DNA of 32,000 nucleotides, from positions 2,100,001 through 2,132,000 of the forward strand of contig CP091279.1 of NCBI GenBank assembly GCA_021650915.1. Reading direction: 5' to 3'. The notes beneath the pieces are model-generated. The model was given only the letters and a program-made list of their open reading frames with translations, had not been told where the DNA came from and ran no database searches. Shown here piece by piece: positions 24,771 through 32,000 of the stretch. The position numbers and the translations under genes were made by a program. Within the stretch, counting starts at the first letter, position 1; every line of letters starts with the position of its first letter. This DNA is from Candidatus Brocadia sp. (lineage in GTDB: Bacteria > Planctomycetota > Brocadiia > Brocadiales > Brocadiaceae).

Positions 24771-25508
24771 ATGCATCAAGATCGCTTTTATCTATCGTAC
24801 ACCCCAGAGACACAGGAAATTTGGCTTGATAATGGTGAGGCGCATCATGTTCTGCATGTAAAACGAGCAAAACCAGGGACAAAAATAACCCTGTTTGATG
24901 GAAGAGGGTTTGAATACCTGGCTCATGTTACTGAAATCTTACGCGACAAAGTAAAGGTATTTATTGAACAATCCAGGGCAGTTGACAGAGAATCTCCGGT
25001 AGATATTACCATCGCATTTTCTATCCCGAAAGGAAAGCACGCTGCCTTTTTAATTCAAAAATGTTCTGAGTTAGGCATCAAGACGCTAATTCCCATCTTT
25101 TGCAGACGAAGCGTTGTCGATATTCGCGATACGGCGGGTGAAAAAAGTGAAAGATGGAGCAAGCTTGCAATTGAGGCATCGAAACAATGCAAGCGAAATT
25201 GTGTTACCCAGATTGAAAACCTAATGCCCTTTGCTGATCTTGTAAAGAATGCTTGCCATTACGATCTTCCTCTCATTGCATGCACCGAGCCGCACGCAAA
25301 GACATTGAAACACCTTGTCCGTGAATATCCGGCGGCCAAAAAGATCATTTGTATCATAGGACCGGAAGGTGGTTTTGCCGAGAACGAGATTAGAGCAGCA
25401 GAAGAAGCGGGTTTTATGCCCGTCGTTATCGGGAATTCAACCCTCAGGGTTGAAACGGCGGCCATTGCAATTTCATCTATGCTCCTTTACGCCTATTCTG
25501 ATGGGTAA
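24771..25508 (+). CDS. rsmE: 16S rRNA (uracil1498-N3)-methyltransferase
   Basis: 245 aa with a PUA-like N-terminus (..HHVLHVKRAKPG..I.LFDG.G) and a SPOUT C-terminus (IGPEGGF...E........LG...LR.ETA). Confidence 0.9.
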   Translation: MHQDRFYLSYTPETQEIWLDNGEAHHVLHVKRAKPGTKITLFDGRGFEYLAHVTEILRDKVKVFIEQSRAVDRESPVDITIAFSIPKGKHAAFLIQKCSELGIKTLIPIFCRRSVVDIRDTAGEKSERWSKLAIEASKQCKRNCVTQIENLMPFADLVKNACHYDLPLIACTEPHAKTLKHLVREYPAAKKIICIIGPEGGFAENEIRAAEEAGFMPVVIGNSTLRVETAAIAISSMLLYAYSDG

Positions 25509-25540
25509 AGGATGCCCTATTTAACCGTATTGAATCTGAC

Positions 25541-25568
25541 TTGACAAATCATATAATTTCGGGATAAT
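25541..25568 (+). promoter_or_regulatory. Possible sigma70-type promoter for folD
   Basis: TTGACA (25541-25546), 16-nt spacer, GATAAT (25563-25568), ~65 nt upstream of the folD ATG. Confidence 0.3.
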
Positions 25569-25634
25569 TTGGCACAAGTATTCCATTCATTGTGTTTTGT
25601 CTCAACATCTTTTAGGAAGGGACTTGTTGCATTT

Positions 25635-26546
25635 ATGGTTGCAAAATTGATTAAAGGAACTGAAATCGGAGAGCAAATTCTCAAGGAAATCACTTCTGAA
25701 GTAGCGCAAATTAAGGAGAAATATGGTGTTGTGCCAGGTCTGGTAACGATACTGGTAGGCAGTAATCCCGCTTCTTTATCGTATGTTACCCTGAAGATTA
25801 AAACCGCTCATCGGTTGGGGTTTAAAGAAGTGCAGGATAATCAGCCAGCGACTATTTCAGAAAAGGACCTGCTTGCACTTATTGACAAGTACAACAAAGA
25901 TAATTCCATTCATGGCATCCTTGTTCAACTTCCCCTTCCAAAACAGATTGATGAAAAGAAGGTGATCAATGCCATTGATCCTGACAAGGACGTCGACGGT
26001 TTTCACCCCGTCAATGTCGGACGCCTTATGATCGGAGGCGATGAAGTAAAATTCCCGCCGTGCACGCCGGCAGGTATTCAGGAATTGATTATCCGTTCCG
26101 GCATTGAAACGAGCGGCGCTGAGGTAGTCGTGGTCGGGCGCTCAAATATCGTGGGAAAGCCCATCGCCAACATGCTGGTACAGAAGGGAAGGGGGGCTGA
26201 CGCAACGGTTACCGTTGTTCATACGCGCACAAAGCATCTGGCGGAACATTGCAAGCGCGCAGATATCTTAATCGTTGCAGCGGGTGTTCCAGGCCTGGTA
26301 AAACCGGAGTGGATTAAGCCTGGCGCATGTGTCATAGATGTAGGCGTTAACCGGGTCGGTGAAAAACCCAGCAAAGACGACCCAAAAAAGATGGTTCCTC
26401 TTTTGAAAGGTGACGTTGATTTTGAAGCAGCCAGAGAGATTGCCGGATACATCACCCCTGTTCCTGGTGGTGTTGGGCCAATGACCATTACTATGCTGAT
26501 GAAAAATACCCTAAAATCCCTGAAATGCAAGTTAGGCATTCTATAG
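25635..26546 (+). CDS. folD: Bifunctional methylenetetrahydrofolate dehydrogenase / methenyl-THF cyclohydrolase
   Basis: The start is placed at ATG 25635 (MVAKLIKG..). Motifs: PGLVTILVG.NPAS..YV..K, GILVQLPLP, DVDGFHP.N.G.L, VVGRSNIVGKP, PVPGGVGPMT. Confidence 0.95.
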   Translation: MVAKLIKGTEIGEQILKEITSEVAQIKEKYGVVPGLVTILVGSNPASLSYVTLKIKTAHRLGFKEVQDNQPATISEKDLLALIDKYNKDNSIHGILVQLPLPKQIDEKKVINAIDPDKDVDGFHPVNVGRLMIGGDEVKFPPCTPAGIQELIIRSGIETSGAEVVVVGRSNIVGKPIANMLVQKGRGADATVTVVHTRTKHLAEHCKRADILIVAAGVPGLVKPEWIKPGACVIDVGVNRVGEKPSKDDPKKMVPLLKGDVDFEAAREIAGYITPVPGGVGPMTITMLMKNTLKSLKCKLGIL

Positions 26547-26641
26547 GATTGGCAATACCCGATCGTACGGGCCATTTCGCAGGGCCAGCGGATCTTTACT
26601 GCACAGCAGTTTTCCCGTAAGCGGGAAATGATAAAATGAAA

Positions 26642-26669
26642 TTGAAAAGAAACAGTATTCTGCTATAAT
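26642..26669 (+). promoter_or_regulatory. Near-consensus sigma70 promoter for the tRNA gene
   Basis: TTGAAA (26642-26647), 16-nt spacer, TATAAT (26664-26669). The tRNA 5' end is 17 nt downstream of the -10 element. Confidence 0.5.
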
Positions 26670-26685
26670 GTGCCGTCATCTGAAG

Positions 26686-26759
26686 GGGCCCATAGCTCAG
26701 CTGGTTAGAGCAGCGGACTCATAATCCGCGTGTCCAAGGTTCGAATCCTTGTGGGCCCA
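26686..26759 (+). tRNA. tRNA with CAU anticodon (elongator Met or lysidine-modified Ile2; not initiator)
   Basis: The cloverleaf folds by hand: GGGCCCA/UGGGCCC acceptor, GCUC/GAGC D stem, GCGGA-CUCAUAA-UCCGC anticodon arm, CAAGG-UUCGAAU-CCUUG T arm, discriminator A. No CCA is encoded. A paired 1:72 and the absence of three G-C pairs in the anticodon stem argue against an initiator. Confidence 0.95.
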
Positions 26760-26864
26760 TTTTCCCATCAATAACTCCTCGGTAGTTCATACTTCTCCAT
26801 CAGTTAAAACCTTACGTGCCCGTTTGAAAGTCACTTTTGGCGCCTCCAACGGGTTACATATTTC

Positions 26865-27015
26865 GTAACACTTTAGTTTTTTGAAAAAGTAGGGGCGAAG
26901 CATTTGCCATCTTGGGGTGTGAATACATTTATACCAATTTATGGCAAATGCTTCGCCCTTACACAGTGCGGCAACATCGTTATTATGGTAATTTTTCAAA
27001 AAACTAAAGTGTTAC
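26865..27015. mobile_element. 151-bp MITE with IS66-type GTAA termini and a perfect 8-bp target-site duplication
   Basis: Ends are GTAACACTTTAGTTTTTTGAAAAA (26865-) and its exact reverse complement (-27015). An internal second IR is GGGCGAAGCATTTGCCA. Flanking CATATTTC occurs at 26857-26864 and 27016-27023. The termini match those of the element at 652. Confidence 0.85.
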
Positions 27016-27032
27016 CATATTTCAAGTTACGA

Positions 27033-27122
27033 GTAGGGTGGATTAAGGCGTTGGTTTTTACGCCGAATCCACCACAACTATTTCCTGGAAAGGTGGATTC
27101 GCTCTCGCTTAATCCACCCTAC
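27033..27122. repeat. Two tandem hairpins sharing identical arms (GGTGGATT / AATCCACC), nested in an outer 15-bp inverted repeat
   Basis: Hairpin A spans 27037-27073 (GGTGGATTaaGGCG..CGCCgAATCCACC) and hairpin B spans 27092-27118. The outer pair is GTAGGGTGGATTAAG (27033-27047) with CTTAATCCACCCTAC (27108-27122). Confidence 0.6.
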
Positions 27123-27161
27123 CGTAAACCAGCTTAAATAAAATGAAAATTCCTATACAAT

Positions 27162-28454
27162 TCAATTACCATGTATGCTATAGCTACTGGGAGAGTTGGT
27201 GATGGTTTTCGTCCGTAACGTAAGTTTGTTCCCCCAACTCTCATTATGCTGGATGATGAGAAAACCATATCCTCCAATCATGAAAACAACCAGGACTCGC
27301 TGCACAATACGTCTCAACGGGATGGCGCGCGGAGATAGGGTGCGATCGGTAATCCGGTAAATGAGAATCCCTTTTGCTACGCAAAATCCCATCACCGGGA
27401 TATAAAGGTACCGCTCGGCCATAATATGGTTTATCGGAATGATATTCATGACGGGTAGGAGTGTGATAAAAAACCACGACATCCAAACAGCGAACATATT
27501 CCTCGTTTTGTATAACATTGCAAATATGACAAAAACAGAGATTAAGAAGGTTATGGCAAGAATAGATGCCCATTCCCAGGGATGCACTGCCGGGGGAATC
27601 ACATAGTTTGCATTGAGATGAAGCGGGAAAAACGATAGTTTGATGTACGATGCCAGAATTTTTATCATAGTGAAGGTATTGACCCACAAACCACCCGGTT
27701 GGTAAGCAGATTTTACTGAAGAATTGCTGAATACCATAAACCGAATGATGAGGTAGAACAAGGAAAGAGCAAGGTATCCTGTATAAATTCCCTTTAATCT
27801 TTTCGCAAGGGATGACCATGGTTTTTGGTGAGGAAATATCGTAAAAACTATGAGCAGTATGGGGAGGGTTATCGCCATTTCCTTTGAAAAAACGGCACAG
27901 AGATAGGAAATGAGTGAAATGGTGTAATAAGCGGCGCCTCGGATTATTTGCCCCTTTTCTCCGGAAAAAAGTAGGTCAGATTTTATGAAATAAATAAACG
28001 AGACAAGGAAAAAAGTGGCGGTCAGGAGGTCATCACGATAGCTAATAACGTTTACGGTTTCCGCGAGAACAGGATGGGTAAGAAAGAACAGGATTGAAAG
28101 AAAAATAATCCTGGTATTGGATAAAACGGCACGGAGGAAAAGATAAAACAATATCGTGTTCACGGTATGTAAAATAACATTGGTAATGTGAAACCCGATG
28201 GAGTTTCCTTGCCAGATGGCATAATCAATGAAGTATGAAATGGTGACCAGGGGGCGGTAACTCATCTCCCCGGAGAGTGAAAAATAACCCTTCGTAAAGA
28301 CCTTTGGAAGATATCGCCATTCCCGAAGAAAGGGATTCTCTACAACAATCCCAAAATCATCATAGGTAAAATTCCTGCCAATGGTATTTCCGTAGAGCAA
28401 CACAGAAAACAACGATATGAAGACAAGAATAAAGGCAGTGGTGGATAATCTCAT
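27162..28454 (-). CDS. Polytopic membrane protein, GT-C-type glycosyltransferase-like (PMT_2 / TMTC-DUF1736-like N-terminal region)
   Basis: 430 aa with >10 predicted TM segments. The N-terminal motif ..FTYDDFGIVVENPFL.. / ..SYRPL.. recalls the PMT/TMTC family. Family assignment is tentative. Confidence 0.5.
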   Translation of the reverse strand: MRLSTTAFILVFISLFSVLLYGNTIGRNFTYDDFGIVVENPFLREWRYLPKVFTKGYFSLSGEMSYRPLVTISYFIDYAIWQGNSIGFHITNVILHTVNTILFYLFLRAVLSNTRIIFLSILFFLTHPVLAETVNVISYRDDLLTATFFLVSFIYFIKSDLLFSGEKGQIIRGAAYYTISLISYLCAVFSKEMAITLPILLIVFTIFPHQKPWSSLAKRLKGIYTGYLALSLFYLIIRFMVFSNSSVKSAYQPGGLWVNTFTMIKILASYIKLSFFPLHLNANYVIPPAVHPWEWASILAITFLISVFVIFAMLYKTRNMFAVWMSWFFITLLPVMNIIPINHIMAERYLYIPVMGFCVAKGILIYRITDRTLSPRAIPLRRIVQRVLVVFMIGGYGFLIIQHNESWGNKLTLRTKTITNSPSSYSIHGN

Positions 28455-28567
28455 AGAAATAAAAATCCCCCTATATTTTGTTACGCCTGTGCAATATAGG
28501 GGGATTATATCATTTTGGCGTTTGCGGTAAAAATGCCAAAATTAATTTGCCTGAAACACAAAAATAA

Positions 28568-29782
28568 TTAGAACAGATACGCTACATCAATTGCCGTGGT
28601 AAGTTCGTCATTACGATCATTGAATATATCCTGACTCGCCTCGTCATAGCGGACTTCTGGTCTCACCAGGAGATTTTCCCTGATCTTGAAATTGGCGGTA
28701 AGGGTGACTTCCCAGAGATGAAGCGCTGCAACTCCGATCCTTGCAGCATCCTGATCATCAAAATATTCACCCCTCAGGGCTAAGCCAAAATAATCCGTGA
28801 TCTCCTGACTAACGATACCAGAGAATCCCCACCATTTACCGGTGCCTGATCCTGCTGCAAAACCACCGGCTGCTCCATTGCCCTCTTCTTCCGTGCCAAA
28901 GTCGAAGTTCAGATTAAAAGCAGTTTTTTCAAAAGGTTTTAATGTCAGAATAATATCCCAGAAGTGCCTCATATTACTATCGGCGTCCGACACAATATCT
29001 TCGTCTTGTTCAGCGCCGTGACTTCCATTTACAATGAAGCTCGTATTATCACTTACCGTCCAGTTGAACTGATACCCAAAAGTTTTGCTATCGTTATTGT
29101 CAACGAAGGTATCCCATCCATTTACAAGATAAAAGGTAGTCGTTAACTGATCCAGGAGGGGATAACTAATTGCCAGACCGGTATTGGTAAACGGGATCGC
29201 ATTTTGATAGAGGAGCGAACGGGAAAAATTCGGATTGTCTACGCTTTCCCAAAGTTCAGCGCCGATCCAGGTAGCAAATTTGCCGAATTTAAAATCCAGT
29301 CCCTTCCCCACCGGCGCCTTATAGGTTACAAATCCCTGGCTTACCGTGAAGTCATCGTCATCCACCCTGCCATCGCTCGGTACAAAAGTTAACCGCTGGG
29401 CAATTTCACCATAATTTGTCGTAAAACCAAACCCGATAGGATCTTTTTCGGTAGACTGCTTGAAAACCGATATCTCTATATTATCTAAGGTAAAAGAATT
29501 GTTTTCCCTGTCGAATGCCCTCACATCTATCCAGTCGCCTTCATGATCATCACGAACGTTTGTTGGTGTCGTGCCCCTTTGATCATCCGGTTTTGAAAAG
29601 TTATAGCTATAATACGTATCAATAAATCCACTTACTTCTACGCTCTTGAAGAAATTGGCTATCTTGCCTTCTTCTGACGTTGCTGAGAGTGGCATAGCTT
29701 CTTCAGCAAAAATCGGTGTGGCAAAACCGATCATTGCGCTACAAACAATCCCGGCAAAACCCCAATGATATAAATTCTTCAT
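28568..29782 (-). CDS. Outer-membrane beta-barrel porin (OmpL-like / BBP2-DUF1597-like)
   Basis: Signal peptide, then ..VSGFIDTYYSYNF.. at the start; alternating beta-strand pattern; C-terminal ..AIDVAYLF aromatic terminus typical of OMPs. Confidence 0.6.
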   Translation of the reverse strand: MKNLYHWGFAGIVCSAMIGFATPIFAEEAMPLSATSEEGKIANFFKSVEVSGFIDTYYSYNFSKPDDQRGTTPTNVRDDHEGDWIDVRAFDRENNSFTLDNIEISVFKQSTEKDPIGFGFTTNYGEIAQRLTFVPSDGRVDDDDFTVSQGFVTYKAPVGKGLDFKFGKFATWIGAELWESVDNPNFSRSLLYQNAIPFTNTGLAISYPLLDQLTTTFYLVNGWDTFVDNNDSKTFGYQFNWTVSDNTSFIVNGSHGAEQDEDIVSDADSNMRHFWDIILTLKPFEKTAFNLNFDFGTEEEGNGAAGGFAAGSGTGKWWGFSGIVSQEITDYFGLALRGEYFDDQDAARIGVAALHLWEVTLTANFKIRENLLVRPEVRYDEASQDIFNDRNDELTTAIDVAYLF

Positions 29783-30417
29783 TAAAACTTCCTCCTTTTC
29801 TACAATAAAAAGGACATACTAATTAAATTCACGGGCTTTCCAAAGAATGAAGAAACAACAAAGTCAACTATCAATAAATCACGTCAATAAATTATATATC
29901 CATCCCTCCTTTCTTAAGCATTTTAAGTGAAGAATTGGGCAAAAATAATACCTAAAGTATAAATATGGTGTTTATGAAATTTTCATTATAATTAAATTAT
30001 AACAGACTTAAAAACGCTAACTTATTTTGTAATAATGAGTTCCATGATAAAAAACTGAAATTAAGATATTGGAGGTTCAGGATTATACTTTGCAATATTT
30101 GATTATGGCAATTGCCTTTTGCGGTTTTTTACTGTCTGTAATCTAACAGTAAAATGGCTGATATGGTACACTTGTTGGTCTAAACTCTGCTTAAGCATTT
30201 TATATTTATAAAAGTTCATGTCAATAAAAAATTTAAATATATTTATGAAAATCATGGCATTTTGAATCATTTTTCTTGATCTTGTAAGTTTTACCAGTAT
30301 AATTGCGAAATTCTACAATTGCGTTTTGATAAAATATATGCTTTTTAGCGTCTTGACAACCATAAATTTAGTGAAATTTGGTTTTTACTTAAAGGATATT
30401 TTACGGAGGTAAAACGA

Positions 30418-32000
30418 ATGGCATTGGATCCCACCAAGCATGCAGATTGGGAAATAGCAGAAGATGCTGAAACGAAAATGAAGACGGTTCATCATCTGGC
30501 TGAACAATTAGGACTCCAGAACGAAGAACTCCTCCCCCATGGACACTATGTGGCAAAGGTTGATTTCAATAGGGTTTTAAAAAGGGTAGAGAAGAAGCCG
30601 GATGGAAAGTTTATTGATGTGACCGCGATAACTCCAACTCCCCTTGGTGAGGGAAAATCGACGACAACCATAGGATTGGTCCAGGGATTAGGGAAACGCG
30701 GGAAAAAAGTTATCGGTACGATCCGACAGCCATCAGGCGGGCCAACGATGAACATTAAAGGGTCTGCGGCAGGCGGAGGGCTTTCCCAGTGTATCCCCTT
30801 AACACCCTTTTCTCTTGGGCTAACAGGGGACATCAATGCCATTATGAATGCCCATAATCTGGCCATGGTTGCACTTACCTCCAGAATCCAGCATGAATTT
30901 AATTATAATGACGAAGAGCTTGCAAAAAAGAATCTGAAACGGCTTGATATAGATATCGACCGGATAGAAATTAAGTGGATTATCGACTTTTGTGCCCAGG
31001 CCCTGAGAAAGATTGTTATCGGCATTGGTGGCAGGATGGATGGTTTTATGATGGAGTCCGGCTTTGCCATAGCCGTATCTTCCGAGATTATGGCAATTCT
31101 CTCCGTAGCGAAGGATTTAAAAGATATGAGGGAGCGGATTGGCAGGATGGTTGTTGCTTACGATAAGAAAGGCAAACCAGTGACAACGACCGACCTCGAA
31201 GTTGCCGGTGCGATGACCGCCTGGATGGTGGAAGCGCTGAATCCGAACCTGATGCAAACCATCGAAGGGCAGCCGGTATTCGTTCATGCGGGACCTTTTG
31301 CCAACATTGCCATTGGACAGTCATCAATTATTGCAGACAGAATTGCCTTAAAACTAGGTGATTATGTTGTTACTGAATCGGGATTCGGGGCAGATATCGG
31401 ATTTGAAAAGTTCTGGAACTTAAAGTGTCGTTACTCAGGACATCGCGCCAATGCAGCCGTAATTGTTGCCACGATCCGGGCGCTGAAGTGCCATGGCGGC
31501 GCTCCCATCCCGGTACCTGGGCGTCCCTTGGATCCATGCTATAAAGAAGAAAACGTCGGATGGGTGGAAAAGGGTGTGGAAAATCTTGTCCACCATATTA
31601 ACACGGTAAAGAAGGCCGGTATTAATCCGGTTGTTTGTATTAATCACTTCTATACGGATACCGATGCAGAGGTAAAGGCAGTCCGCAAGCTGGCTGAAAA
31701 AGCGGGCGCCCGCGTCGCCCTGTCTCAGCACTGGCTTAAAGGCGGCGATGGCGCCTTAGAATTGGCTGATGCGGTAGTTGATGCATGCAATCAACCCAAT
31801 AATTTCAAATTCCTCTATGAATTAAACGTTCCGTTGAGGACGCGTATTGAGATGATTGCAGAACAGGTTTATGGTGCGGACGGTGTAGATTTTACCCCCG
31901 AAGCATTGACAAAGGTTAAGGCATTGGAAAACGATCCGGACATTTCAAAGCTGGGAACGTGCATGGTAAAAACCCATCTTTCCATTACGGATAATCCGCA
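30418..32000 (+). CDS. fhs: Formate--tetrahydrofolate ligase (3' end outside the window)
   Basis: ATG at 30418 with GGAGGT 8 nt upstream. Frame 1 is open to the window end; it is missing from the ORF track because no stop is reached. Motifs: [42 protein letters not shown]. Confidence 0.97.
   Translation, partial: MALDPTKHADWEIAEDAETKMKTVHHLAEQLGLQNEELLPHGHYVAKVDFNRVLKRVEKKPDGKFIDVTAITPTPLGEGKSTTTIGLVQGLGKRGKKVIGTIRQPSGGPTMNIKGSAAGGGLSQCIPLTPFSLGLTGDINAIMNAHNLAMVALTSRIQHEFNYNDEELAKKNLKRLDIDIDRIEIKWIIDFCAQALRKIVIGIGGRMDGFMMESGFAIAVSSEIMAILSVAKDLKDMRERIGRMVVAYDKKGKPVTTTDLEVAGAMTAWMVEALNPNLMQTIEGQPVFVHAGPFANIAIGQSSIIADRIALKLGDYVVTESGFGADIGFEKFWNLKCRYSGHRANAAVIVATIRALKCHGGAPIPVPGRPLDPCYKEENVGWVEKGVENLVHHINTVKKAGINPVVCINHFYTDTDAEVKAVRKLAEKAGARVALSQHWLKGGDGALELADAVVDACNQPNNFKFLYELNVPLRTRIEMIAEQVYGADGVDFTPEALTKVKALENDPDISKLGTCMVKTHLSITDNP

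Noticed and set aside
25509-25634. ZTP (pfl) or THF riboswitch upstream of folD; the leaders of fhs (29783-30417) and glyA were also checked
   Set aside because: These leaders are AT-rich and lack the GC-rich conserved cores and pseudoknot segments of those riboswitch classes, as far as can be judged by eye.
26787-26999. 70-aa minus-strand ORF (and 26904-27137 on the plus strand)
   Set aside because: Both span the 151-bp MITE and its flanks. The reading frames are created by the inverted-repeat sequence and are not plausible genes.
27244-27819. 191-aa alternative-frame ORF on the minus strand
   Set aside because: It is nested in a different frame of the 430-aa polytopic membrane protein gene, whose hydrophobic periodicity supports the longer frame.
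1-32000. CRISPR arrays, rRNA genes, prophage or defence-island gene sets such as a Druantia druBCDE partner set for the DUF4338 proteins
   Set aside because: No regularly spaced direct repeats, rRNA-like sequence, large helicase/ATPase ORFs or phage structural genes are present. The DUF4338-like modules sit in IS contexts, not in a Druantia operon.

Overview
The window has two parts. (A) Bases ~650-9200 hold a nested pile of decayed mobile elements: an IS66-type-ended element whose only ORF is a DUF4338-like protein rather than a DDE transposase; an IS630 element inside it, itself hit by a 96-bp MITE derived from its own ends; a frameshifted ISL3 element; a transposase N-terminal fragment; and an ISAs1-family element whose transposase has an N-terminal DUF4338-like module, a homopolymer frameshift and a ~2.0-kb group II intron (RT/maturase, no endonuclease domain) in a conserved motif. 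(B) Bases ~9300-32000 are mostly housekeeping genes: SAM hydrolase (DUF62), vWA-OmpA lipoprotein, pirin, rubrerythrin-like protein, gpsA, glyA, prfB (classical +1 frameshift), rsmD, ispE, spoVG, ilvB, an Uma2 pseudogene, an RnfB-type ferredoxin, rsmE, folD, a tRNA(CAU), a GT-C-like membrane protein, an OmpL-like porin and a 5'-partial fhs. The observations most worth follow-up are the DUF4338-like modules joined to two unrelated transposase families within 5 kb, a 151-bp MITE with the same IS66-type termini and a perfect 8-bp TSD beside the tRNA, the intron-in-IS nesting, an identical 15-bp target for two IS630-type insertions, and a thioredoxin-fold gene with an in-frame TGA in a U-x-x-C motif followed by a SECIS-like hairpin. 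All family assignments come from motif recall by eye; no database search was run. Taxonomic origin cannot be determined from the window; fhs, folD and glyA only hint at an anaerobe with a folate C1 branch.
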